64,000 bases of DNA from Lytechinus pictus (Eukaryota): positions 3,598,001 through 3,662,000 of the forward strand of contig NC_087246.1 in assembly GCF_037042905.1 (NCBI RefSeq), in the 5' to 3' direction. Position 1 is the first letter of the stretch. Every line of letters starts with the position of its first letter. The notes beneath the pieces were generated by a model. It had not been told where the DNA came from and ran no database searches. It saw only the letters and a list, made by a program, of their open reading frames with translations. Both the position numbers and the translations under genes were made by a program. This document shows, piece by piece, positions 50,762 to 64,000 of the stretch.

Positions 50762-51792
50762 CAGTGCGTCCCCGAAAAAATGTCCCTCTGATATGCGGCT
50801 AAATTACTTCAAAAAATAAAAATTATTCTCAATAATATGTATGGAACTACGAAGCTCAAATCATGTTCTAACTTCAATTAAAAATTTCATTGGTCTCGCT
50901 TCAGTGGATTTGATTACACAGTCTATTATGTAACAGTGGTGCTTTTCACCCCATTCCAAGTTTGCATGTATGCAGCACTGCTGTGTGTTCTGCACTTTCT
51001 AGCATATCAATCAACCCCCTTTGAACATTCTGACCAAGGAATTCCCTGATCTGACCAGGAAAATCTCCATGATCTAACCAAGCTCATCAAATCACAACCT
51101 TGAGCATGTTCAGAAGGGCAAAAACAATATTTGACAGTCCATTTCATGTTTGATAACAGGAGATGCACAATGATTAGGACAACAGGTCATGTCTGTTTCA
51201 TGCCTAATATGGCATTTTTGTTTTCATTACTTTTTTTACTTAATAAGCTACTGTGGTTAAGTTAATTCAATGTAACTTTTAAAAGAAAAAATGTCAAATA
51301 TTTCTCTGGTAAAGTTCCTTTTCGCAAAGGGTGATTAACTTGTGGATTCCCCTTTATTTTTCAGCTTATTTACTAATCCATTATTCACATTTTCTTTCCA
51401 AGATGGTGCACTGATTCCCCTTATCAATCATCAAACAAAATTTAATTTTTATGTTTCTTGTCCTTCTGAACATGCCCAAGTTTATGATTTGATGAGCCTG
51501 GATATGATTAGGGAAATGTCCCTGCTCAGATCCTGGATGTAAAAATGGGGGTTAATATGCTATAGACAATGCAGAAATACATCGATGCTGCAAACTTGGA
51601 ATGGGCTAAAATGCACCACTGTTACGTAACAGAGTGTGTATTCAAAACCGCTGAAGCGCGACCAATGAAATTTTCATAGAAGTTAGATCACGAGATGAGC
51701 TTTCCACTCATGAGCATTTATTTGAGAATACTACCACATTTTAGAATTAATTCAGCCCTATGTCAGAGAGACATTTTTTGGGGGACGCGCTG
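50762..51792. mobile_element. Tc1/mariner-like MITE
   Basis: TA|CAGTGCGTCCC...GGGACGCGCTG|TA with long imperfect inverted arms. Confidence 0.8.
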
Positions 51793-54700
51793 TATATTCT
51801 TGATACTAAATCTTAAATAATGTCACATTTAGAATGTTATTCATTTAAGAATAATCATCCTGTTTAGTAATGCATTATTTTAATTCAACATTCTGTTGGC
51901 AGTGGGTTACGAGTTCGCCATCATTTTTTAAGCCTAATCTCTCACGATTGCCGTCTCCTGCATTCTTTTAATTGTCATTTTGTTTAATGAGTAATATATT
52001 TTGTTAATCCAATGATTATACTACAACTATATGTGACATTTTGCATTTGTATATATTACCTTAATAATATATTACCTTAATAATATTATCTTTATCCAAG
52101 TCCTTTGGAAGTGCATAGGGAGTTATAACATAATGTGATATGCGCTATACAAGAACTGCATTATTATTATTATTATTATTACCTTGTAAACTTATATCTG
52201 ATGCATGTGAATACAGAAATAAAAGCAATCAATCAAGTACCTATGCTCTTTGGTATACATACGTGTATGGTATGATGGGATATTCTGTTAAATTGCATTT
52301 TGTTCAAAATGATAAGAATGAGCCGAGGGATCCCTGTATCGTTCTGCAGAACACTCTCTGTAGACCTTTTCATAAATACTTACAACTAGGGTAACATTGC
52401 ATTGCTACAATTGTAAAAGGGCTTATCAGCCAATCACAACCAAAGATTCCATGGTTAGTTACAATACTGGCAAAGTTTCATGTTTTTATGAAACACCACC
52501 CTAGGTCCTGTCCTATATTAAATTAAGTTCTCCTGTTAGGAGTACACTGTACATTGGGTTTGTTTCGATGTTACTTCTACTGGTACACAATTGCCAATTA
52601 TCTTTTTCATTCTGGGTTAACATATTGCATTGTTGAAACTTCATGTGGGAGTTCTACTGTGATTTAATGTTTGTATTTGTATAATGCATATGAAAGTTAC
52701 AATGAGTTGTGGTATATTAAGTTATTCAAGTCAGTGTTTTTCATTAAGATGTGTATATGTGCAGAATTTTACGTCAAATTTGTATGAAAATGTCAAGAAT
52801 ATGATTTTGAAATTGTATATTGCTGCAATAAAAGAATTGTTTAATCAAAATGAACTTGAAGGAGTATGTTTTATTGATGCCATGGTATTTCTATATGATG
52901 CATGTATCCTTGCAATGATGGTGCCTGTTTTTGATAGGGTGGCAGGCAAGGTGACCTCAAGGCAACTTCAGTTGTATGTTCTTGTTTCTTGAAATAGGGT
53001 TTGCCCTTTTACTGTTATAAATGACCCTCAATTATTTTCTTATGGTTTTTTCCTTCTTGTTTTTTGTGCCTTTTGATTTTTTAAATTGAAAATTCCTTGT
53101 ATTTTTAGGAAAGAATATATTTTTCAAATCAAGATGGACAATTTTTAGTTGATGAAAAGGTGAGAATGTGGAGGATTCATGAGAGAAGAAAATGAGAGAT
53201 GAAATGCTATCGCAAAAAGTAAATAATGTATATGTTGTAAGAAAAATTTGAACTTTGATAAATCAGTATTTATGAATTTTATATCAATATCCTCCAAATT
53301 AAAAGGTAAACAAATGAAAATGCAAGTAACGTAGAACTTAAACAAATGTTGAGCCTGATTGATTGGTAATTTAATTTCATACAGAACATTTTTTTTTTTT
53401 GGGGGGGGAGGCTTATCATTCCTATGGACCCTGTCACTAACTTCCATTTATTGACAACATACTGTGTTTGTTGGAGATTAGAAGATAAATTTTAGTAGGT
53501 TTATCTCATGTCGACAGATAGCGATAGCTATTTAAAACTGGGCATGTTTGAAATTCTGTTTGTGGCTTAGTGAGTAAGAAACTACTTCAGGGTATTTAAA
53601 TTTATTGTTGCATGCCTTTATGATACATGATAACAGGAGGGTACAGGGGGGGGGGGGCACTTGCCTCCCCCCCAAAAAAAAAAAGAGAGAGAAGGGTAAA
53701 AATATATTGTTTTCTAAATATCATGTCAGAATCTATCACAAAGTTTGATTTTTGTAATTAAAAATTCGAAATTTTGGCTCACAAATTTTTTATTCATTTT
53801 GCCCATATTGCAATACGACATATTCACCCCCCAAAAAAAAATTGTTGGCTCCTTATGCCTCTGCAAGCATGATAAAATGATCTATTCACCCACTTTTTAT
53901 AGTCAATGAGGTTCAGTACTTGCACTCCAGTTTGCATAAATTAAGTGCTGCTATGTCAAGGAATCCTCTCTGTATTTCATATCAGTGACGCGGGAGTTCG
54001 AGATATGAAATAGTACAAAAATGAATGACTTGTGTCTCCGAGCTTGCTCTGCAGTGCTTTTCCCCATGCAGCTAGTGGACTAGCGCCATCATGAGTCGAC
54101 GGCAAGACCATGAGGAAAAGATAATAAGAACATAACCCGATATTCATCCACCCATAAAACTGTGTAGGGATTATCTATATGCTACCAGATGAATCTATCT
54201 TCGAATCTTTTGGAACTATGAAAATCTGTTAGACTTGGGCCATATTACATTATACCCCCCTCCTTATCCCTAACTAAATTGATATATCTACAATATCTAA
54301 CTTTGTATCTGTTAAGATGGTGACGATGACCCGGATGATGAAGTGAGTATGATGGTGATGATAACGTTGCAACGGCGATGATGATCATGATGATAATGAT
54401 GGCTGCAAGAATATTTATATTGCTTGTAAAAGAATCCAAAGAAATAGATCCTTTACTTGAGCCCCTTCACATTTTTAAAATGCGAAATCAGTAATTCTTC
54501 CCTTATTTATATCTGCTAATTATCTTACATCTGTCATTAAAAAAAGAATCCATCGATGGGCTTTCCGAGTAAAGTGTAATGATCCTTGTTTTCTTTGTAC
54601 CCCTACATACGCTCCCCTATAAATGAATTAAGAAAAATAGAATGGATCACAATGGCAAACATGCATTAAATGGCACGGTTTGAACATTATTGTACCCCCC

Positions 54701-55993
54701 CCCCCGCCGGCCTGCATTCCCAATTTTAATAAGTTTATTACGAAAATGAATGTCAGGTGCGAAATTATGAATGCTATGAATGAGGGGCTGACAAGAAGCA
54801 ACTATTTTTTTATGTTATTTCGACAGTTTCTAAACTAAAATAATGAAACCTTGAAACCATTCGACCAACGTCGTAGATTCAATGCAAGCAGCGGGACATT
54901 TATTATCAATGACATTTCAAAGCATATATCTTCGCTAACATAAAATGCAAAGTACGTGAATTAAATGAAAAAAAGATGATGCGAATTTCGCCGGGAAATC
55001 CTAAATTATAATGAACCAAAACCTGTCTGTTGCATGGTAACAAGGAGTCAATGTTGCGAGACAATGATCGATACAGAAGCCTAAAGGCTTTTATCTCTCA
55101 TTTTTCTCAACCTTAATATGTTTAAATTTCGTTTTTTTTTCTATTACAACGTCCCGGAAAGAATGAAAATTGGTTACCAAGACATAACCATGGCAATACG
55201 CACGTCATCAGTGATGCCATCGAGTTATTCGTTGTACCATTGTATTCCCTGGGATGCCGACCCGGAACTACCATGACATATAAAGCGGAAGCCCTTCCGG
55301 ACATGCTCACGCTTTAAAACGTTAAACAAACGCTCTTACCATTGCTGTTTAAAATGGAAAGCGATTCAATTGGACACCCTTTGCATTAAAAAGTAGATTT
55401 ATTCGTAAGTCATGTTGCAAACGGTACCGGACTTGCCAAACACAAAATCTGCAAGGCTACGATGTGTGTGTGTGGGGGGGGGGGGGGGGGGACATGCAAC
55501 TCAAACCGCCCATCTCAAACTACCAGACTCACAGACTCAAACCCCCTACACAAACAAAAAGCGAATAATACCTCTTTATTATGTTTTCAATTTATAGTCG
55601 TGATCAGAATAGCTTCATCACTTCATTTAGACATGAAGTAAAATGTATTTGCTGATTTGATAAATAGTTTAATGTCAATCCAAACCCTATTCTACAAAAG
55701 GTTGCATTGTTCAATTTCTCTAATGACATACACATATAAATTTGCGTGGATTTCATTTTGCTCCGTTGTTTCATCGTACATAGGTTGTTCATACTGTATC
55801 ATAATCATGAATTATTTTGATAGGCATATATTATGTAAGTTTTGTGGCCTTTATTTTCTCCGACGAAATATTATTGCTCGAGAGAAAGACGAAAAAATCG
55901 CATTGTTTCGTGGAGTAAAAAGAAAAAAAAGCAATTCTGGTTAAGCACGCACATGACATAGGCTCAACCATGTTAATGGCGCCATATAGTAGG

Positions 55994-56549
55994 TCACATG
56001 ATTCCTTGCATTGGCCAATTAAATTGCTTCAAAATGCCTTGATGTCCTCTTGCATTAGGTGCACGCCCAAATGTCTCCAGTTTGTTTCCTTGTTTCCAAC
56101 CAATAAGAGAAGCCGTTGTGCGGGCGTAGCCAGCTGGTGGGGCGGGTTTGATCGCCGGTAACTTCTCGGACTTTGACTTATCGATATCGATTTCGGTGGC
56201 ATCGACAACAGTCTCATCAAGTGTCGAGCTCGATGACTGCTTGTCTTTCCATGACGTTCCGTTGATGATATTCGGGAGGTTGCTGTACGCTGATGATCGT
56301 TTGAGTTTAGCGCCCGACAGGGAGGAGAGAACTGATTTGTCAGATGGATAGAATTGGCGGGAAATACTATCGTCGGGGCTCACCGAACTCTCTGTTTTAC
56401 AGTCATCGTAAAAGTACTTGTCTTCGGGATCCGGTGAGACCAGCTCTCCTCTTAGACGGTTGTTCATTCTAGCATACTCCTTAATGATGAAGCCCCATCT
56501 TTCAGGCCAGTTCCTCCATGCTTGGTATTCATGACGTACGTGGTCCTTC
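55994..56549 (-). CDS. CIMIP1: Terminal coding exon of CIMIP1/C20orf85 (LLC1-family) ciliary microtubule inner protein-like gene; upstream exon not located
   Basis: TTTTCTGCAG acceptor, then (W)KDHVRHEYQAWRNWPERWGFI...RTTASLIGWK...GILKQFNWPMQGIM*. This matches the family pattern WK..E..A..NWP..WGF / TT..IGW / WP.QG as I recall it. Confidence 0.75.
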
Positions 56550-57029
56550 CTGCAGAAAAGGAGAAGAGAAACGAAAGACTCAATATCTTGATCGGGATGA
56601 AAATGGCAATGATGATGACGAAATCATGACAATGATTATCCCTCGTATTTGGTTAGGTTTTATGATTTAAAAAAAAAGAAGAGTATAATCATTGGAAAAA
56701 AAAATTCTCATTGAAACAATCCCTCATTATGCTTATCTATGACTGCATGGATCACTGAACACCATTAACTATAAAAGGTCTGCAAAATACTACAAAAATG
56801 TCAGGTGTTGCGGAAAGCGTTATTTTCATGATATGAATTGAAATTTCTGAGCGAGTTTTTAACACGGGAAGATTCAAAATCATGAAGGAACAACTGCTGA
56901 TCAATATTTTGTTAATCCCTTTTTTCATTTTCAAAATATTGTATCCGATATGTTTGAAATGCAGGTGATTTTTATTTAATTGTTTAATTTGACCCTCTAA
57001 AGCACCGATGTACATAGATGACCACACCA

Positions 57030-57226
57030 GTTATTTTACTCCGGTGTTAAATTGACGTTGTTATTTTAACACCTAGATCTATAGGTGTTATTACAACACC
57101 TTTGGTTGTTACATTTACACTCTCTGGTGTTATGTTCAATCTCTAGGGTGTAATTTTAACACCTCAGGATGTGGTCCTCTATTAACACCAACTGGTGTCA
57201 GTTTTAACACCACAGTTTTTACAGTG
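57030..57226 (-). repeat. CACTG-terminated (EnSpm/CACTA-like) end with TTTTAACACC subterminal repeats
   Basis: Minus strand starts CACTGTAAAAAC, followed by multiple AACACC/GGTGTT units. Confidence 0.5.
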
Positions 57227-60200
57227 TCATTGAAAAAAATTGGAAGTTGTGTTTCCCCTTTTCCATTTTGAGTAAGGCTACAGGTTATTACGATTTTTTA
57301 ATTTGCCCTTCCTCAGACATTTGGCCCCTTTCTACAACATTTTCCCCAACTCACTGTACATGCTGTATTCGATTGGATGCGTTATTGCAAATCACTATTG
57401 ATTGCGATTTAAACTTACCAAATTTCTGCGATATGGACATAATTCGGATTTTTCTTAGGATTAACTGCTTGCATTTTTAAACAATAATTCCAATTCTGAG
57501 TCAAAGATCACTACAGCAATATGAGTTTTGAAGATACCAATATTGAGGGAAATTAAGATTAGTGTTTACAGCCCTTTAGTTTCCCCGGTTATTACTGAAT
57601 CGTTGCTGCATACGCAGGGAGTGATGACATCACAATGGGCTAATAAGATGCAGTTGTGATGTGCGCGATGCGTGGGAAAATTTACCCTTGTGACGTCAAA
57701 ATTGTTTGAAAACATTGTATGAAGTCGTTTGTTACGTCACTGACCTACTTTCATCGACGCGCCCTGGCTATGTACGCGTGCGCGTGGGAAAAAAGATGAC
57801 GTCACATATTGTTTTCAAAATATCGCACGAAGTCTAGTCGTTTAAATTACTTCACTGACACAATTTCATACTAACGAAATATCCACATGATCGCTGTCTT
57901 CGTATTTTTCTTGGTCAATTTGCTTGAATGAGTAGTTTATTGATAAGGTACTTGTTTATTTAAGAAACATTTTTCCTTAAATTGGGGATTTGTGAGGTGT
58001 AATGACGGGACTGAAAATGACCTATAGTTCCAGGTTCGCGGGCTTCTATAAGCATCTAATTTCACTCTAATGTCAGCATAAATATACTTTTTTTCACTTA
58101 ATTTAATCATATTTCAGAATCAACAAAATACATACAACCTTCAAACAGAAGTTAGTTTGTAGATACTGAGCGAGAGGGTGTTTTGTAAACCAGGCGTTGT
58201 AGGCTGTGCATTCAGACCGCTTCGAGTGAAGGGGTTTCCACAGCAGATGTACGCGCCTTATAGGCGAAATTAACCCTGACCAAAAGTTTATTGTAAAAAT
58301 AGCAGAAAAAATAATTAAGATATTGGTGAAGGCCCGTTTGAGGAAAATCCATCAAAGATTTGAAGTTATAAGAAGTTTATTTATTATTTATTTGTGAGGT
58401 CATATGCGAGCAGCTTCCCTTATATCGTTAATCTAAAAAAAAAATCAATGAAAATGTCATTTTCTTAAAAAAAATTTGTATTATTGTACCTTCAGTATAT
58501 TAACAGACATAATTATTTCACACCCGCTCCTGAAAAAAAGCAAATTTTTAGTCACCATGAACCATTAAAAAATTAAATTTATGCATTTTATATTGAATAA
58601 AAACGGAGCAGCTGCTCGTAAAATTCAAATAACTTTCTTCATAATCAATGGATTTTCCGCAATCTTTACCATATAATATATTTTTTTCCATTAAAAAAAA
58701 ATCGTCAGGTTAAATTTTCCTTTTAACCCCTCCCCCCCCCCCCAAAAAAAATACATGGTTTTCCCATTGACAATATATGGATAGAGTTATTTCTCTATGT
58801 GTCATGGTGTACGTGTATGAACACTCCAAAGGAACGGTATGCGTGTACTGGTTGCCGGGCGTTCATGCAGCTCGCATCCGGTATATGCAGCCAGAACGAT
58901 TTCTGATTGGTCATTCTCCAAATGAATATGCAAACAAATAGTGGCTGTCAAAATGAATGTACTGGCGAGCCAAGTTTTTCATTCAGAATCTTATATTTCA
59001 AAAATGTAATTATGAATTTACATAATTTTCTCATTAATTTGTTTATCTTAAATAATTTTAGTTAGGAACTAAAATAACAACTGAATACTAAAGACATTTT
59101 GTTTATATATGGTGAATTTAAACACAGCCTTAAGACTTATAACCATACCTAAATGCTATCATGGATATCTTTCTATAGTCTTCATAGCTCATTTTTATCA
59201 CTCTGGTTTCTCTGCAATACGCATAAATCTTTCGCCTTTTACTAAAGATTTCCGTGCAGAGGAACACATGGATGAGTCTGTAAGATTTTTCTCCTGCCCC
59301 GTGGAAACACAGGGCATGCCTCAATGGATGTAAAGAAAGAAAAACGATCATCCTTTATGTTGTAAGTGCGCGTGCATGAAGATTACTTTTGATCTTGAGT
59401 GCCAAGATATTTATATGCAAATCTTATTTTTAGTAATAGTGGTGGGCTATAGAAAGTTGAAGTCACAGATCAGCTCCATAGATGCAGCTTGCGCTCCTTA
59501 ATTAGCATGACACCCATTTCCGGAAAAAAAATCGGTCAAACATTGAGGGGGTGCCGCCCAAAAAACGATTTGGGGCAAAAAGGTCGTTGACCCCAACCCA
59601 TTTACGTCAAAATTGTATATCTCGAATTCTGCATAAATTATTTTGATTATTTTTGTGTGTATTTCTATGTTATTTTGGAAAAGGAATTCATTTTTAACAA
59701 TAAAAAGGTGTATTAATGCTGTGTTTGTACTTAAGATTTAACCCTTAATTAATTTGGGAGGGGGCTTATTTGACTGACGAATTTCGTCACTACGTGACCA
59801 CAAGAATTTTGTTGACCTCGCCGCTAAGTGACTTTTACTTTCAAGCCTCGCACATCTTCCGGAGTTCTGTTAGTAGGCCTACGCGGTTCCGAAATTATTC
59901 AACATTTTGTAAGTGCATGTCAGACACAAAAATTGCCCAAAAACCTGATTCTGTATTTATTTATGAGAACATATATTTATTCAGGTACAAAAGATAAGCA
60001 TTAAACTGTTTTTCATCAATGACCTGATGAAAACATAAAGAGCAACATAAATCATCATATCATACATGAAAATAAAGTCAAAATCTAAGTCAAAGAAAAC
60101 AATGCTTAGTAACATTAAAAAAAAATGATAATATGAATCAAATTGAAATATTTAAGTTATCAAAAGGGAACAGTTACTAATTATAAAACTACTAATTGTA

Positions 60201-61246
60201 TGATTTATTCACTGATCAAAAACACTGAAATGATAGCAAAGAAATAATTATGGCATATAGAAAATCGATTGAAACAATGACAATCAGTAATAAATGTATG
60301 TCTAAAACTATAAAATATCAAAGGGTTAAGATCATTACAAATAATAGCAACGTGACATCAATGTTAAAGGGGAATAAGGGAATTGTATATTACAATATTA
60401 CTGAGGTTTGGCAATGCATCATGGCACACTAGTTTTTAAGCACTGCACAAAGTACGAAAATACTCTACCCAGAGGTCTGTACTACACCCGGAAAAAGAAG
60501 AATATAGTAAGGGTTATTATATGTAGACAAAATCATTGGATTACCGAGTGAATGCAAATAGTGTTTTTAACCCAATCTGCATTGACTTTTTACACATTTG
60601 TATTACTAAATCTAAGTTTAAGATATATTTTGACATAATATTTGAAAGATAGTATCATATCTCCCCCTTATCCCTTTCCTTTTCTCTTTTTTTTTCTTGG
60701 TCGTGTAAAAAGCCCATATCTGTACGCCCATGTATCTACTTGTCTGATTTTTCTTTTAATTCCTCTAAAAACTACTAGACAGGAATAACCGTCTTTTCAA
60801 AGGATTTCAGACATCATCCTGACAAAATGTAATACCGTTGTAGACCCCCCCCCCCCCCCATAAAAACAACTCAGTCTTAATCTCAGTCAACAACGATGAA
60901 TTATTTATGAGATGACGTCAAACATCAACAAAACGTAAATGAACGACTGTGCTGTCATGGCTAGCTGTGTGGTCACTGCTGATCCTATCTGAAGACCCAT
61001 TCGATATTTAATCACTTCTTGCACCTTCACTATCCTGTTTCGTGCATCAATTCATTACCTGTTAACTTTGAGCATAGAGCGAAGGTAAGTGAATAAATCT
61101 TAAATAATCTTGTCTTTTAGACTGTATCATGGATTGATGGAGCATCGGCAGCGCAGTAAATCGGACACGAACCCACAACACGGGTGCCATGCCCATGGGC
61201 TGCACGCACCACCACCACGCTATGACAATATGTCTTAGGGCCTACT

Positions 61247-61570
61247 TAGCCAGGCGGCTTCTAGAGAGTAAAAATCATTTACTAACGTAAGGTCACTCTC
61301 ATGAAGCCAGGGCTTCCGTCATATACTTTTGTGTGTACCACCAAAAAACCTGAAACTTTCGCCCCCGAGATTTCTACTTTCTTTCTAAAAGATCTAGCCC
61401 TAAATCATGGGATAAAACTTCATTTCCGACATTTCTACGCTCTCGTTGTTATTTTTGAACAAGAATTCATCAAAAAAATGAGAGAAATATTGTGTAAAGA
61501 CGGAAGAGACTTGCCCGATGTTTACGCCGCCATCTTGTTTCCTATTGTTCTTCGCCAACGTTACAGACGC
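61247..61570. repeat. Dispersed partial copy (inner arm plus spacer) of the foldback element
   Basis: GGCTTCTAGAGAGTAAAAATCATTTACTAACGTA...TTTACGCCGCCATCTTGTTTC matches 19732-20060. Confidence 0.8.
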
Positions 61571-62068
61571 GTGCGCTAGTGCCCTTTGATAAGGCATTTA
61601 TCCTCATTACCATACCTGGTCCTTCGGAGAGGACCTTAAGCTGTTGGTCCCCTGGTTGCTTGCTCACAGGCATTCGTGCTTTCTTACTCTTAGCAGTCGG
61701 GTAAAAAAAACCTCGGTATAACTGGTAAAATGCAAGTCTAACATCGTTAGCTGCACAGCAGCTGCCGGGCCCACGATTAATTGGGCAAAGCAAATTTTCG
61801 GAGTATTTAATTTCATATCTAGATCTATTTCGAACAATAAAAAAAAAAAAAATGGATGGAAAAAAAAAATGGAAGAAATGGCTCTAACTTTACATTACTC
61901 GTTAGAGTAGATAGATAACAAATATTAAAGAAGAAATGAAGATTATGGTCTTATTATATATCAAAAGTGGGTCTATTTATTATCTCTCATAATGCTACTG
62001 CTCCTCAGCAAAAGTTATTCATTCCATTTGTATGAGTTCAAAATGGAAATCAATGTCGGTGAAAAATC

Positions 62069-62588
62069 CCCGGGGGGGCCACTTCCATTCACGAGTGGAT
62101 ACCATGCGCGACCATGGGGTCTCGAAAAGCACCCTAAACACGTAATTTCCATATTCTGAAAATGCACCCCTTAACAAGTATTGGAAACAAAACGATACTC
62201 TTGACAAATATTCCCTGAAATGAACCCCTAAACAAGTACAGGAATGTTTTATTGTTACGGGTCCTTCGGTCGTCGGCTTTACCTCATTTGGTTTAGTACG
62301 ACCCCACCTTCCTCACCTCGCGCAAATTGGACTCTAAACACGAAGTGTTGGGGCAAAAAGGACATCCTTTATAAAACATTTTAATTTTGTTTTATCATCC
62401 CCGCAAATTCGACCCTAAACACGTAATTGTCCTAGCAAAATAGATACCCTTTTTTCATTATTTTTGTGTTTTTGACACCCTTATCACGTTACGTACGTAA
62501 CGTGCCCTATCGTGAAAAAGACATCCTTTTTACGTGTTTTTTTGGTCGCGCATGGTATCCACTCGTCAATGTAAGTGGCCCCCCCGGG
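62069..62588. mobile_element. Intact 520-bp copy of the same MITE
   Basis: Same TIRs and internal sequence, 8-bp TSD GAAAAATC on both sides. Confidence 0.92.
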
Positions 62589-64000
62589 GAAAAATCGCAC
62601 ACCCTATACTGCAATCCAAACATTGTCAATTTCCGCACATGCGTACAGGGGCAGTATTGTGAGTGATTGTATTAATGACCGGCCTTTCATTACCAAACGC
62701 GCGCATTGTATGCGTCAGAAAATAATTTCATATACTCAAAACTTTGCAAAATCCTTCCAAAGAGAACTTGAATAGAAAGATCATGAAAAATGGTCAAACA
62801 CATTTTCAAACTCTTAATATTCTAAAAATAGTAAAGTATGGTCAACATAGCTCATCAGTGATTTTGTTGTTTTCTCAACTTTTCCCATAGAAAACACACG
62901 TTCGGTAATATGATACCTTTTTCAAGTGACCAAGATATTTTATGTGCGAAGAGGGGTCCGATTGGAAGCTAATATAAAAAAAGAGAAACGATTTCGGCAA
63001 CATTTTTACATAGGCCTATTTATATTTTGTAGGTAATTGTGTGTTTATGGTGAAATTTTGGTGAATTTTATGAGAATAATGTGTTTGATATGACTGAATT
63101 CATGAAAAGTGTTCGGTAATAGGCCTACGATCCACTACCATACTTGGGGATTGAACAAGCATTGACATCATAAAAATCACAGATTTCGCGGCCAGTATTT
63201 CCGTGTTCGAGGCATTCAGAGAGAGAACTTTAAAAAGTATACATACAAATCCGACTTTCATCGGTCTCCATGATTAATGAAGTAGACCACCATGTTCTTA
63301 TTTTCTGATTCAATTTGTTATATAATTTAATCATTTGCCATTTTGGGGATTTTCAGTATATTTCTACTTTTAATCGCAATATAAATCAACTTGATTCAAA
63401 CACAGCAAACTATCCCGTGATCAATGATATTTTTTACATGGTATTTACATCACAGAGCCTTAAAACAGTGGGTTAAACTGTATAGCGAGGGATGTAAACA
63501 TGGATGAATTTCCCTAGGAAATGTCAATCGTTTAAATACAGTTAATTTTTTATCTACATACCTTCATACGCCTAATTCGTATGAAGATAACAAAAATACA
63601 TATGTAAAAATATGAAACATGAGAGGTTTCTTACCAGTCAGCTCACTTGCAAAATGTTCCCACAATTCACAACACAATGACATGACCTACCTTTGACCCA
63701 CTTTGTGATGACGAACGTACGCAGGTAAATAAGGAGAGAAATGGAGCGCATGCGTAGTTGTACTGGTACAAGATTTCTGGCTGTCACAGTGCATAGGTAG
63801 GACGTTCTAATGTCAAATATGGCGAGTTTTGAGTGCTAATTAACGGTAGATGGCGGTATGCCAGTTGGATTGAGTAAGAACAAAATAATAAATAATAGCC
63901 TAACACTGTTTAGACTGATAATAAATAGGATGTGTAATGGAGATGTGTACATAATAGTACTACCAAAATGTGTACATACTACTGCCATCTTTTAGTTAAA

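Noticed and set aside
63635..63683. Possible upstream exon of the CIMIP1-like gene
   Set aside because: The phase-2 frame required contains a stop and there is no family motif.

Overview
AT-rich, intron-rich animal genomic DNA. It is not prokaryotic; the repeat landscape resembles an echinoderm such as a sea urchin, which is inference. Three host genes can be reconstructed by hand. (1) BCAS3/Rudhira (PHAF2) lies on the minus strand: ten phase-consistent GT-AG coding exons from 22913 down to 79, running off the window. (2) SNAP29 lies on the plus strand, divergent from BCAS3: three coding exons, 28149-47350, 277 aa. (3) The last coding exon of a CIMIP1/C20orf85-like gene lies on the minus strand at 55994-56549. 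The most striking object is in SNAP29 intron 1: a very young ~9.7 kb BEL/Pao LTR element (29493-39187) with near-identical LTRs and a CCCTT target-site duplication. It keeps an intact Gag-protease ORF but has lost its own RT, RNase H and integrase. On the opposite strand it carries an intact, endonuclease-less non-LTR (Nimb/I-group) RT-RNase H ORF. Other notable structures are a 67-bp minisatellite built from a BCAS3 exon end plus its splice donor, a 110-bp satellite with 550-bp higher-order structure inside an inverted-repeat element, a 1.5-kb foldback, two perfect hairpins and many nested MITE/Helentron-like insertions. All calls are by eye; no database searches were run.
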